Positions 1 to 14,469 of a DNA stretch of 64,000 nt are shown here, piece by piece; the stretch's first letter is position 1, and each line of letters begins with the position of its first letter. The DNA lies in NCBI RefSeq assembly GCF_006345805.1, contig NC_043001.1, positions 3,100,001 through 3,164,000 on the forward strand. The letters run 5' to 3'. Made by a program: the position numbers and the translations under genes. Origin of the DNA: Octopus sinensis (Eukaryota). The notes under the pieces were generated by a model, which ran no database searches, was not told the DNA's origin, and worked only from the letters and a program-made list of their open reading frames with translations.

Positions 1-392
1 TTGGATGCATATCTTTAACTTACTTGAAATCTTAACAGCCTTCCTATCTCTGAAGATATGCAATTTTAACAACACTATACACTCAAGAATTATTTGCTGT
101 AAAATAGGATTTATACATTTTTAAAGATATTTTTCCTTTAATTTAAGAAAATGTATTTCGTTTCTTTAGTCAGATTTAATGATCTAAATTTTTCAAGTTA
201 AATGCTGAGATTTTCCTTTAATTACTGCCAATAAATTAACTCATTGCTATGCAATATTGTATGTGTTATAGAGTACACGTAGTACTTTATTAGATTGTGT
301 CATAAGGAATAAAGGAAAAAAGTCTTTGTGTGGAAGACTTCAGCACTTAACAAGAGTTTCAATTTTGGTTTGACTGAAGGGAAATAACTCAC

Positions 393-437
393 CCAAGTCA
401 CAATGCCTCGACTGATAAGGAATGGGATATCACAACT
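393..437 (-). CDS. Candidate internal coding exon (45 nt, phase 0-0; SCDIPFLISRGIVTW) of an unidentified minus-strand gene
   Basis: Acceptor TTTGTTGTAG, donor TGG|GTGAGT, open frame, in phase with the 1216-1337 exon. Protein not recognised. Confidence 0.4.
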
Positions 438-449
438 CTACAACAAATA

Positions 450-1087
450 CAGGGATTCCTCGACTTGCACGAGTAATTGGGGACGCGCAATTCGAACTTC
501 GAGCAAGTCGAGTACCAGATATTGCTTTCTATAAATATTTTCCGGGCCATTTGCCAGCTCTGTCTGGCCCCGTGTCGGTGACACGTAAAAGCACCATCCG
601 TTCGTGTCCGTTGCCAGCATCGCCTGGCCCCGTGCCGGTGACACGTAAAAGCACCATCCGTTCGTGGCCGTTCGCCAGCTCTGTCTGGCACCTGTGCAGG
701 TGGCACGTAAAAAACACCCACTACACTCGCGGAGTGGTTGGCATTAGGAAGGGCATCCAGCCGTAGAAACACTGCCAGATTTGACTGGGCCTGACGAAGC
801 CTTCCAGCTTCACAGACCCCAGTTGACCCGTCCAACCCATGCTAGCATGGAAAGCGGATGCTAAATGATGATGATGATGATGATGATAACTGCTAAATAT
901 TGTTATTTTAAAGAAATACTTGGAGAAAGATAACAGACAAGGCAATGCAACTATGGATAATAAATATTTTTACAACAAGTGCAAGTCGAGAATACAACTT
1001 GCACAACCTGAACACTCAGTATCAAAAGGTGGCTCTTGCAAGTCGAATTTCGTGCAAGTTGAACTCGCGCAAGTCGGGGAATCCCTG
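450..1087. mobile_element. Tc1/mariner-type MITE with terminal inverted repeats and TA target duplication, interrupted by an RTE-related retroposon
   Basis: TA|CAGGGATTCCTCGACTTGCACGAGT at 448-474 and ACTCGCGCAAGTCGGGGAATCCCTG|TA at ~1063-1089; internal repeats of the CGACTTGCA/TGCAAGTCG motif. Confidence 0.8.
540..890 (+). mobile_element. RTE-related SINE / LINE 3' end with ~57-bp internal tandem units and (GAT)n tail
   Basis: Three ..ACGTAAAA(G)CACC.. units, then GGCATTAGGAAGGGCATCCAGCCGTAGAAAC...CCCATGCTAGCATGGAAAGCGGATGCTAAATGATGATGAT; the same 3' end recurs many times in the window. Confidence 0.75.
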
Positions 1088-1215
1088 TAAAATAAAATAA
1101 AAAAAGTTTTGAGATCACAAAAGTTAGAAAATAAGTATTTTTGTTTCCTTTCAAAGATTTTGTCGATTAAAAGGAGTGATGGGCTTGGTAGGACTCAGTG
1201 CAATAATTTCTTTAC

Positions 1216-1337
1216 CTCTCTTATTGAAACAATCTCTCCCTCACCAAATAGTATTGTAGTGGAATAAAGAATAGAGTTGAAAATGAAATTGGGATCAGGA
1301 GCTGATAAGTTCAACTCTGCCAGCTTTTCCATTTCAC
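1216..1337 (-). CDS. Candidate internal coding exon (122 nt, phase 1-0; EMEKLAELNLSAPDPNFIFNSILYSTTILFGEGEIVSIRE)
   Basis: Acceptor TATTCTCAG, donor GAG|GTAAAG, 40 open codons in unique sequence. Confidence 0.45.
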
Positions 1338-2391
1338 CTGAGAATATTTAGACTTTAAGAAATCATAGCGTAACAATTCTATGACATGTTTGCCATTCCA
1401 AAAGTTGGTAAACATGTCAATGCATTTCAAATGTTCAGCCGTCTGTACCAAATGATCCCTTCTGTGTGTGACTACATGCATTTTTTAAATAAGATCAGCA
1501 GTAAGAGATATTAGCCAAGGAATCAGAGAAATAACATCTGGAGAAGAGTACCTGAAAATAAGGGAGATGAAAAAGGGTTTTGAAGAGTGCTATTGGTTAC
1601 AGTCAGCTACAGAAATCAGATGTTCAGTGAAGTTCTCAAAACAAGAACATTCTAGAAAGATTCTAGAAGATTTTACGAGTTTTAACTGATAAATAATGGT
1701 CTGCATCTTCTCTAATTTGTTCTTTCATATTTGTCATTTCCTGCTTGTTTGTAAAATGGGATTTTACCTTGAAAATTTCAAGGTTTTGTAGAAAAATCTC
1801 TCAATTCTAAACACAAGATTTGAATTCCAGTATCATTGGGGTTAGTGGTGAAAAATGGCACTAGAAATAGTTCTTTGAAACATCAAACGACAGTGAGAGT
1901 TGACATCTGCACAAGGAAAGTGCAAAAAGTTACTATGAATATTTGAGAACCACCACAAAGTTCTATGTGTTTCTAGATACTGTTTAAGGTTTACAGAATC
2001 TACTTATATGCATTCCGCAGCCTAACTAACCTGTGGGAGAGATGGAATCATTTGGACTCCAAAATTCAGGTGGGAATTTGCAGCATTTTCATGGGACATG
2101 ATAAATTTCATTTGGAAATGAAAAGTTGCTTTACAGAACACAACAAACTTCCCATAAATGAAGGATACAATTCCAGATAAATATAAAATTTATAAATTGG
2201 TTGAGCTGCAGATTCAGATTAGGGTATATTTACACATATTTACCTTTCGATATTGATTAAAACTATTTGAAACCTATATTGAAGAAAGTTCAATTCTCTT
2301 GAATAACTATTCTGCCATTATTTTGCATCTTGCTAGAGCTTGATCTGAGTTTGGTGTTTCCCAAAGATTTAAGGCTACCAATTACATAAAC

Positions 2392-2431
2392 CTTCACCAA
2401 TTGCTGCAGATTCTTTTGCTGTAGATTGATT
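2392..2431 (-). CDS. Candidate small exon (40 nt, phase 0-1; NQSTAKESAAIGE)
   Basis: Pyrimidine tract then AATAG acceptor, donor AAG|GTTTAT; chosen for phase fit, alternative frames and sites exist. Confidence 0.2.
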
Positions 2432-2601
2432 CTATTTGCTTGTGAGAAAGGTGGAAGAGAATGAAAACAAAAGGTGAAAATTTATGAAAAATGTTGCCAT
2501 TTGATCAGTGATGACCGGAAATTGGATGCAATTATTGATATCTTGAAAGAAAATACTTTCTCTCTCTCTCTCACAACAAGTCACAGACACACAGAGACAA
2601 A

Positions 2602-2644
<43 letters not shown>

Positions 2645-3212
2645 GTAGCTAGTTCTAAAATACTGTGGCAAGTCAAATACTATGAAACAAAGCTGTTCTA
2701 CTGGTCCTGTCAACTCCCTATATGGTAGTGGGGGGTCACTCTCCTGCTTGCATTGTATTGGACACAGGTTGTGTTGTTAATCAGATGGAGGTGTTCTCCT
2801 GGGGTTAAAAAGTAGTAGTAATGCTGTCCCGTTGAAGTGGCAACAAACATTACTTTTTATTAATATATGTGTGTGAGTTTGGATGGATATATTATCTGGG
2901 TGGAGACCATATTAGCTCTCAGCTAAACTCCAGTTAATGGCTAACAATTTCAACCAGTATTTAATGTCTGTGATTACTATTGTTGTTAGTCACTTCTGGA
3001 TTGTGTAATTCCATCTATGCTTTGCTGGACGGCAAAAGACGTCTTGAGAATATATTATTATTAATAACAAAATGTGTGGAAGCTTGTTCATCCACAAAAT
3101 TTATTTTATAATTTCTTACAGCGTATTAAAATGACCATATTATAATATGTTGCATAAGATTATAAAATAAGTTTTGTGGATGAAAAAGTCATTATCTCTC
3201 TATATATTATAT

Positions 3213-3214
<2 letters not shown>

Positions 3215-3243
<29 letters not shown>

Positions 3244-3770
3244 CATTTAACGTCTGCTTTCCATGCTGGCATGGGTTGGACGGTTTGACTGAGGACTGGT
3301 AAGCCAGGGGGCTATTCCAAGCTCCAGTCTGATCTGGCAAGGTTTCTACAGCTGGATTCCCTTTCTAACACCAACCATTCCAAGAGTGTAGTGGGTGCTT
3401 TTTATGTGCTACCATTATGGGTCCAGTCAGGTGGTACTGGCATCGACCATGCCCGAATGGTGCTTTTATGTGCCACCAGCACAGAACCAGTCAGGTGGCA
3501 CTGGCATTGACCATGTTCGTATGGTGCATTTTATGTGCCACTGGCATGGGAGCTAGTCCAGTGGGACTGGCACTGACCATGCTCGAATGGTGCTTCTTAT
3601 GTACCACCAGCATGGGTGCCTGTCAGGCGGTTCGGACATCGGATTCAACAATGATTTCACTTGCCTCAATAGGTTTTCTAAAGCACAGTATATTGCCCAA
3701 TGATTGAAGGGTACTCTTAAATGGGCTGGTCATGTGACACTGGCATAGGCTATGGCTACAGTCTCACTTA
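3215..3770 (-). mobile_element. RTE-related SINE/LINE 3' end with four ~60-bp internal tandem units
   Basis: (CAT)n followed by TTTAACGTCTGCTTTCCATGCTGGCATGGGTTGGACGG (reverse complement of the family tail); repeated GGTGCTTTTATGTGCCAC units. Confidence 0.75.
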
Positions 3771-4683
3771 TTATATAGTATATATATAAATACAAGTCTC
3801 TATAAACACATTTCATTAAATCCAAATATGCCCCCTCCCCCATCACCCCTTACTATCCAGCAAGCTTTTCAAGTAGCTTTTTACAACAAAAGTAGCTCAT
3901 TAGGACCAGGGATTAAACTCACACATGAAAAACTCAAAAAGTCATAAAATGGTCCATCCCAATCCTCAGACCCACAATGCTGCTTTTCTGAATTCTGTGC
4001 TGCATATAGGAACTTCCGGAGCTGATAATACGAAAGTATGAAAGTTGAATTTCATTCAACTTAATTCTGTTCTTTCTTCATTTTATGCTTACATGAAGAG
4101 GTCATCCCAAAACGATGGAAACCGGTAGCTACTTAGTTGAAAATATTCAGAAATGTACAGATTGACTTCCTATTTTCGATGACAAGGTTTGCAAAGCCTT
4201 TTCTTCTTCTCCTTGATAGATAGACTGACAGACATACAGCCAGCGAGATAGCTAGATAGATAAGTTGGTAGGCAGATAGGTAGGTAGGTAGATGGATAGA
4301 TGGATAGATAGATAAGTTGGTAGGTACATAGGTAGGAAGATACATATATACATACATTCCTCCATCGATAAAAAAAAAAAAAAACAAGAATTAGCCTTAG
4401 TCAGTTTCTGAGCCTTAGAGTGGTTTCATTTGAGGTGTCTATAGCAGTTGATGAATCCTAAAGAAGCAAGCAGATAATCTGTTTAGACACAAGGTTAATC
4501 TGGTAGGTTTACAGAACCGGTGCTACTAATTTGCATATTTTAAGTGCTTAACCTATCTTTATTTTCTCATTTCTTGGAAACTCATTAACTTTTCCCAACA
4601 CTAAAAATGGTTTTGTTATATTATTAAAATTGTTACAGAGATATTTTTATTTGCAATAAGTGGGAATTGTTGCACTTAAATAC

Positions 4684-4787
4684 CATTAATGACATTATCA
4701 TTTGGTGAACTGCAATTTGGGAAGCATCAATCTTCAGCAGTTTAATTGGAAATAATATCAGAATTGGGAATTCGGCCATAAAAATGA
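4684..4787 (-). CDS. Candidate exon (104 nt, phase 1-0; IFMAEFPILILFPIKLLKIDASQIAVHQMIMSLM)
   Basis: Acceptor GCACAG, donor ATG|GTATTT; the only open frame of three. Confidence 0.3.
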
Positions 4788-4872
4788 CTGTGCACACACA
4801 CACATACACACACACACTCACACACACGAATAATATTAAATATAATGTTGTATGTATACATATATATATATA

Positions 4873-5255
4873 TCTCTATATATAAATGGCAGTTTGTCTG
4901 TGCGTGTTTCTGTGTGTCTGTTTTCTCGTACCCTCACTCTGACCACGGCTTTCAACCGATTCTGATGAAACTTGACACACACATAGCCCAATGTCATAAT
5001 TCAAAACTAACGCAGCCAAAATTTTGAAAAGTTCCCCCAGTTCTGAAAGAAATCGATAAATTCGACATGGGGTCGTGAATCAGAAACACGAACCACAAAC
5101 TGTCTAGGGGACGCAACTCCATCCTTTTTTAACTCTCAAAAAAAATTTACCATCATTTTTTTCCATTTTTTTGCTATTTTTAGGCTATAACTCTCTAAAA
5201 ATGCTTTATAGTTATTTCCCTTACAAACCTGAGCAACGCCGGGCGATACTGCTAG
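4873..5255 (+). mobile_element. Non-autonomous Helitron/Helentron-like element (HINE/DINE-1-like)
   Basis: Begins A|TC, then GTCTGT/GT-rich segment and AACCGATTCTGATGAAACTTGACACAC; ends GAGCAACGCCGGGCGATACTG-CTAG|T; no target duplication seen. Confidence 0.6.
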
Positions 5256-5661
5256 TATATATATGTATATATATTCTATTTTGTATTACTCTACTATTGG
5301 TGTTTGAGTGCTATTTCTTCCACTTTGTTTTGTCATAGGTGTTTACTTGCATGTGTGTGTATTTATTTATATATATATATTGATAGATAGATATAAATGT
5401 GTTAGTGTCTGTGTGTATGCGTGTGTATGCATGTGTAAGAATGTGTGTGTACATAAGTATGTGTGTGAGTATGAAGACACACGCACACGTATGTATATGT
5501 ACGCCTTGGGTTATATATATATAGTAGCATGTCACCCTCAGGATGTGGATGCAAGGTGTGCTTAGACAAATGTAGTGACGTTTTCCAGACGAACCTGATT
5601 ATAAAACAGTCTCATTCAGTCTGTTTCTAAATTACCTACAATGGAACCATGCTTTACTTAC

Positions 5662-5706
5662 TTCTGCGGGTTTCTTAAAAATCAGTAATGTTTGCCTATT
5701 ATCTCC
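5662..5706 (-). CDS. Candidate exon (45 nt, phase 0-0; GDNRQTLLIFKKPAE)
   Basis: Acceptor TACGTAG, perfect donor GAA|GTAAGT; phase does not match the neighbouring candidate exons. Confidence 0.2.
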
Positions 5707-6002
5707 CTACGTAAATAGTGTCCCCATGCTCCCATATATACATGCATACATCCATGAATATCCATGTAACAGCACCGTTCTATATTACATACACATTCAC
5801 ATGTGAGCGAATATGCAAGTGTATAGATGTTTCTAAACACAGACAAGGAGAAGACATGCACATGTGATAAAAGGGAGATGGCAAAGAAATCATCATCATC
5901 ATCATCGTTTAACGTCTGCTTTCCATGTTAGCATGGGTTGGACTGTTTGACTGGGGACTGGGAAGCCAGGAGGCTGCACCAGGCTCTGGTAAGGTAGGAT
6001 AT

Positions 6003-6234
6003 ATATTTCTTTACTACCCACAAGGGGCTAAACACAGACGGGACAAACAAGGACAGACGAATGGATTAAGTCGATTATATCGACCCCAGTGTGTAACTGG
6101 TACTTAATTTATCGACCCTGAAAGGATGAAAGGCAAAGTCGACCTCGGCGGAATTTGAACTCGGAACGTGACGACAGACGAAATACAGCTACGCATTTCG
6201 CCCGGCGTGCTAACGTTTCTGCCAGCTCGCCGCC
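6003..6234 (-). mobile_element. tRNA-derived SINE, family A (GGCGGCGAGCTGGCAGAA head), full length
   Basis: Reverse complement of the copies at 25604 and 54153; flanked by direct repeat GGTAGGATATA (5993-6003 / 6236-6246). Confidence 0.85.
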
Positions 6235-6255
6235 TGGTAGGATATAGACTCATAC

Positions 6256-6300
6256 CTGCATAGTTTATCAGATTATTCAGAAGGGCATAATACCCAGTGA
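6256..6300 (-). CDS. Candidate exon (45 nt, phase 1-1; TGYYALLNNLINYA)
   Basis: Acceptor TTTCCACTCTAG, donor CAG|GTATGA, open frame. Confidence 0.35.
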
Positions 6301-6329
6301 CTAGAGTGGAAACAGTAATGTTAGCTGTT

Positions 6330-7580
6330 ACAAGGGGAAGGGGAGATACCTTAGATAAAAGCAGTTATAGAGGCATTCAAACCTCTCGACCAGGTGATGA
6401 AAATTACAAGGGAAATTACAATCAGTTGGGAGCAGAATTAAGCTAGAGGAACTGCAGTTTGGATTCAACCCAAGAGAGAAGCCTACTAGGGTTACTTTCA
6501 TCGTCAGGCAACTGCAAGAGAAATACTTAGCCAAGATTAAGCCAATATACTTGGCATTCATTGCTCTAGAGAACGTCTGCAATAGAGTACACTGCTGAGT
6601 GATATGGTGTTCTCTGAGGAGGTTAGTGGTAGACGAATGTCCTCCTGGTCATAACAGAGGAATTCAAGACTGGCATCCCCTGGGATCTACAACATACTGA
6701 TGACCTTACCCTCATAGCAGATCTTATATCAGAGCTAGAAAAGAAATTCCAGGTGAAATCTAAGGGCCTTATCTAAGAGCCTTAATCTAAGGAATCTAAG
6801 GGCCTTAAGATTAACTTGGCAAAGGCTAACAAGCAAAAGCAAGAAAAAACAAACAGGACCCTACCCACCACAGGTAAGGGTTTTTGCTGAATTTGCAGGA
6901 AAGGTGTAGGCAAGAATTCCATCTGGTGTATCTGGTGTAAGCTATGGATGCAGAAAAGCTGTAGTAGAATAGGAAGGTTATTAGAGAAAGTAGTGTTTGT
7001 ATGTGAAAGATGCACAAGAGCCATAAAAAGTAGAGATACTTGGGAAATTGATTCTGTCAAATGCCATGGAGGCTCATTGGGGATAGTGGATAATTTCTAC
7101 TACCCAGGGGACCAAATTAGTTGTTGGGGAGGCTGTATAGAAGGTGTAATAACTAGAATAAGAAGAGGATGGAGAGAATTCAGAGAGCTGTTACCTCTGG
7201 TGGTAACCAAAGGTTTCCCTCACCAAGTGAAAGGAAGATTGTATGATTCATGTAAAAGAAGAGCAATTCTACACGGTGGTGAGATATGGGCTCTGAATGC
7301 AAAAAGGGCATGTTAAGGCGAGAGAGGAATGAGGCTAGTATGCTCTGCTGGATGTGCAACGTAAATGTACATGTAAGGGCCAGTGTATTCAGAGACAAAT
7401 TAGGTATAAGAGGAATTAGGTGAAGAGTGCAAGAGTGGAGACTGCACTGGTGTGGTCATGTGATGTGGATGAATGCTGACAGCTCCCTAAAGAAGTGCCA
7501 ATCCCTCAAAGAAGATGGGGTTGGCAAAGAAACAGCATCAATTTAGAGGAGGCAAAACCTCTTTAATCAAGATGAAGATA
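6330..7580 (+). mobile_element. Decayed RTE-clade LINE reverse transcriptase fragment
   Basis: Translates to ELQFGFNPREKPTRVTFIVRQLQEKYLAKIKPIYLAF (RT QFGF..FIVRQLQEK motif) and WDLQHTDDLTLIA (YADD remnant, ~6681-6719); ORF 6948-7316 has the Cys-rich segment and WREFRELLPL..KGRLYDSC; frameshifts and stops throughout. Confidence 0.85.
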
Positions 7581-7761
7581 TGACATCTATAGTGCTGCTA
7601 CCATAATAAAATGCCTCTATCGAACCCTCTGGAAGGGTTGGCATTAGGAAGGGCAGCAGCCAAATAGACTGGGTTACGTTGGCTGCATACAAACAAATCA
7701 TGGCTCCTGACCTGTTTAAACCATGCCAATATGGAGAAGTAGATATAAAACAATGATGTGC

Positions 7762-7810
<49 letters not shown>

Positions 7811-7959
7811 TGTGTGTTTGTGTGTAGACGGATAGAAAGATAGAGTGATAATAGTAATGGACGTGAGTTTAAAATAAATGGAGATATGTCTAATGTTGAT
7901 TAAAATGTTATCTGATCTACAACTTGCCACAAAACGTTAGGTCAAATATATGGCATTGC

Positions 7960-10560
<2,601 letters not shown>

Positions 10561-11009
10561 TTAAATGAATAAGGAAATAAAGACAATGCATTTTGTCATC
10601 TTTTAGTAAACAAAATGTAATTTATAGTTTTGTAGTTTAGTTACAGGAAGAAAATGATTCAAAAATATAAATATATATTTTTCGATAACTACATAAATAT
10701 AGTTGTGGAAAATACCTGACATTTTATTGGTTAATTCTTTTATATTCTTTTTTTCTTTATGCCTGTGGGTCTTTTAGTTGCAAATTTCAGCATTTTATAA
10801 ATAGTGTTATCCTGTGCATGTTATGGCTTGGGTTTTCAGCAAATTTGCGTCTCTGTTGAAAGGGATATTGGAGATAAAGTAGTCTTCATTTCCTTATTGG
10901 ATGTTGTTGGTGCTACACAGACTGTGGCTGAATAATCTCCCTTATTTTAAATGACCATCAATGATGATCACAGGAAATCAGGTGCATAGTCTTCGTGCAG
11001 TTAATATAT

Positions 11010-11325
11010 ATACATATATCACCATGATCACCGTGACCGACCAGGCTATCAGATGTTTCTACACATCGCTGGTCACAATGCGCTTTGCATTGTTTTAGCC
11101 TTTGAATGACGCCACCCCGCTGGCTAAGCGAGCAGGCCAACAGAAGAGTGAGAGAAAGTTGTGACGAAAGAGTACAGCAGGGATCGCCACCATCCCCTGC
11201 CGGAGCCTCGTGGAGCTTTAGGTGTTTTCGCTGAATAAACACTCACAAGGCCTGGTCTGGGAATCGAAACCGCGATCCTCCGACCACGAGTCCGCTGCCT
11301 AACCACTGGGCCATTGCGCCTCCAC
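11010..11325 (-). mobile_element. tRNA-derived SINE, family C (TGGAGGCGCA head), 3' variant 1
   Basis: Reverse complement reads GTGGAGGCGCAATGGCCCAGTGGTTAGGCAGCGGACTCGTGGTCGGAGGATCGCGGTTTCGATTCC (A and B boxes). Confidence 0.8.
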
Positions 11326-11374
11326 ATATACATATATACACACATATAAATTTTTATTTCCTTTCATTTTTGCT

Positions 11375-11574
11375 TTTACTTGTTTCAGTCATTTTGACTG
11401 CTGCCTTGCTGGAGCACCACCTCTAGTCGAACAAATCGCTCTCAGGACTTATTCTTGGTAAACTAAGTACTTATTCTATTGGTTCTTTTGCTGAACTATT
11501 AAGTTACAGGGACATAAACACACCAGCATCGATTGTCAAGCAATGGTAGGTGGGACAAACACAGACACACAAAT

Positions 11575-11605
<31 letters not shown>

Positions 11606-11765
11606 CGATAGGCTTCTTTCAGTTTCCGCCTACCAAATCCACTCACAAGGCTTTGGTATGCCTGAGGCTATAGTAGAAGACACTTGCCCATGGTGCCACA
11701 CAGTGGGACTGAACCCAGAACCATGTGGTTGGGAAGCAAGCTTCTTACCACATAGCCACTCCTAC
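11375..11765 (-). mobile_element. CORE-like tRNA SINE, family B, with internal microsatellite
   Basis: Reverse complement contains GGCAAGTGTCTTCTACTATAGCC and GTGAGTGGATTTGGTAG; central (CA/TA)n; 3' arm ends ATGACTGAAACAAGTAAAAG. Confidence 0.8.
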
Positions 11766-12007
11766 ACTTATACACACACGCACACACACTAATCTATATC
11801 ATGTGGTCACCTGATCAATCAATCTATTGGATGTTGTTATACATTGCTGGTCATAATGTGCACAGCATAGCTTTTAGCTTTTGAATGAAGTGACCCTGTT
11901 GGTGAGCCGGACAACATTCCCCTTTATGGGAAACCCTAATCCATCACAGGGTCACCCATTTACAGCTGAGTGAACTGGATCAACATGAAATGAAATATAT
12001 ATATAAA

Positions 12008-12240
12008 AAGCAGCAAGCTGGCAGAGACGTTAGCATGCCGGGCGAAGTGTTTCGTGGGATTTCACCTGTCGCTACGTTCTGAGTTCAAATTCTGCCGAGG
12101 TTCACTTTGCCTTTCATCCTTTCAGGGTCGATAAATTAAGTACTAGTTACGCACTAGGGTTGATGTAATCGACTTAATCCGTTTGTCTGTCCTTGTTTGT
12201 CCCCTCTATGTTTAGCCCCTTGTGGGTAATAAAGAAACAT
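12008..12240 (+). mobile_element. tRNA-derived SINE, family A
   Basis: Family A head, CTTTGCCTTTCATCCTTTCAGGGTCGATAAATTAAGTAC central domain, 3' end TTTAGCCCCTTGTGGGTAATAAAGAAA. Confidence 0.85.
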
Positions 12241-12477
12241 ATATATATATATATATATGTATATGTATATGTGTGTGTATGTATATATTTACATACATAC
12301 ATATATATATACACACACACATATATACACACATACATATATACGCATGTGTGTGTATATGTATGCATATGAGTGTGTGTGTATGTGTGTATGTATTTTA
12401 CAAATACATAATAACTCTACTCACATTGGTGTTAGATTCCACATATATTGCTATTTACCTGGAATATTTGCATTTAC

Positions 12478-12540
12478 CTGTATACACCAGAGGAACAAAT
12501 AGAAGAGCATTAGGAAATGTTGAATAAGTTTGAGTTTTCA
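12478..12540 (-). CDS. Candidate exon (63 nt, phase 1-1; KTQTYSTFPNALLFVPLVYT)
   Basis: Acceptor ATATTTCTCAG, donor CAG|GTAAAT, open frame. Confidence 0.35.
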
Positions 12541-12589
12541 CTGAGAAATATGTTAAGTAGTGATGCTAAGACAGTTCATAATTATTGGT

Positions 12590-13480
12590 TTCAAATTTTG
12601 GCTCAAGGTCAGCAATTCTGAGGTGGGAGAAGTTGATTATATTGACCCCAGTGTATAACTGGTTATTATTTTAATTGACTCACAAAGGACAAATGATAAA
12701 GTTGACCTCAGCGGAATTTGAACTTAGAACATAAAGATGGATGGAATTCTGTGAGCCATTTTGCCCTGTAAGCTAACTATTCTGCTAGCTTGCCACTTTA
12801 CAGTTCCTAATTATTGGTTTCTAATTTTGGTACAAGGCCAGCAATTTCAGGAGAGGGGATAAGTGAATTCCATCGACCCCAGTGTGTAACTGGTACTTAT
12901 TTTATTGCCTGTAAATGGATGAAAGGCAGGACTACCTCTAAGTATTTTGCCTGGCATGCTTAATGGTTTTGTTTTACAGTTCCTAACTTTTGAGAATGAA
13001 AATGTAGAAATATATTTACCCCACATATTTCTGCTGAAATATGTTGTCTTTGCTTTAATTAACCTTTAAAACAATGAAAGAATCAGGAACAAAATTTGTT
13101 TATTTAAATTAATATTTGAAGTATTCCAACAGTTCGAAAAAGAAAGCAGTGATCTTTGGCTTTTATTTGCGTACGATTCTGCCAGCTCTTGGAAACAATC
13201 TACGCACCTTAATTTATACTTATTCTGTAAGATACAAATATACACTATTAATATCCAGCACAAGTTCACATACTCAAACAAAAGAAGTGTCTACATATTT
13301 ACCTTATTAATATTCTTTTCTACTCTCAGCACAAGGCCCAAAACTTTTGGGGAGGAGGCCAGTCAATTACATCGACCCCAGTGCACAACAGGTACTTAAT
13401 TTATCGACGCTGAAAGAATGAAAGAGAAAGTCAATTTCAGTGGAATTTGAACTGTCTTTACCTTCTGAGTTCAAATTCTG
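12590..13480 (-). mobile_element. Cluster of three truncated, diverged family A-like SINE fragments (~12590-12800, 12820-12960, 13330-13480)
   Basis: Each contains a variant of ATCGACCCCAGTG..ACTGGTACTTA.TTTAT..GAC. Confidence 0.6.
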
Positions 13481-14420
13481 CCAAGGAATTTTTATGTGCC
13501 ACCAGCACAAGGGCCAGAGGAGGCTGGCAACAACAGTGATCGTTTGGTGCTTTTTACATGCTACTGGCATGGAAGCAATTAATGTGGCTAAGATTTAAGC
13601 TTCCCCTCTATGAGGTTTTTGTCTCAATTTTAATGACCACCATTTTAGGTGTATGTCATCTTGCCTCAATTTAGATCATTCAAAACTCTTGATTTATATT
13701 TGGTCGATAAGAAAATGTGGAGGCACATTATAGGAAGCATTGCTTCATTTTTTATGATTATTAGTGCAGTGTGCTTGTGTGATACATTTACCTGGTCCAA
13801 GGAAAGCCTGGCAAACTTCACTCAAACACAAATATTAGAAATTGCCCTCCGCCCTAAGCATAACAATCTCCCTTCCTCCTGTTGGCTTCGGAGGACAACA
13901 AACCAATTGGAAGCATTAATCATCCTCCTTCCAAAAGCATTCCTCCATAGAAAAGGGTCACCGATGTTGTTCCTTCTTTTCTGTAAAATAAACACAGAAA
14001 TAAAACCTTAAAAAATCCAACTCCATAAACTTGTTAACTTTGCCAGTCTACCTCTGGACATTGCTGGCACATATCAAAGCAGGTGAAGTTATGTGTATGG
14101 CTGTACTTTATGAGTGACAGTATATATATATAGTGTGTATACACTGACATTCAGTGTCCTGTAATTGATGTTTATTAAATGTTGTTACTGGTCGAGAAAT
14201 GATTCTTAATTAGAATTGCTGGTTTTATTGTTTGCATCCCTCAACACCATGAAGTTCTCTGTAGTTAGACATATGTGCACACATACATATACTTACATAT
14301 ATACAAACATGCATGTATGCACGCCTGTGTGTGTGAGTGTATCCATAAATATGTATACATATATACATATATATATATCCATATATACATATATATGTAT
14401 ATACATATATACATATATAT

Positions 14421-14469
<49 letters not shown>

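Noticed and set aside
760-815. GAAAC..CUGACGA in the RTE-related tail as a type II hammerhead
   Set aside because: No stem II pairing between the flanks.
1460-1790. Alternative exon frames with in-frame TGA (selenocysteine or readthrough idea)
   Set aside because: No selenoprotein similarity or SECIS seen; TGA is frequent by chance or CpG decay, and other frames or sites explain the region equally well.
2160-2168. U12-type donor GTATCCTTC on the minus strand
   Set aside because: A rough base-composition estimate gives a couple of such 8-mers by chance in 128 kb; no matching U12 branch site or frame-preserving acceptor found.
4087-4130. HHR-like AUGAAGA..GAAACCGGUA
   Set aside because: C3/U4 altered and no convincing stem I; at best a dead remnant.
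13649-14011. Plus-strand 120-aa ORF with a signal-peptide-like start; minus-strand splice sites bracket the same region
   Set aside because: No recognisable domain; the minus-strand segment has stops in all three frames.
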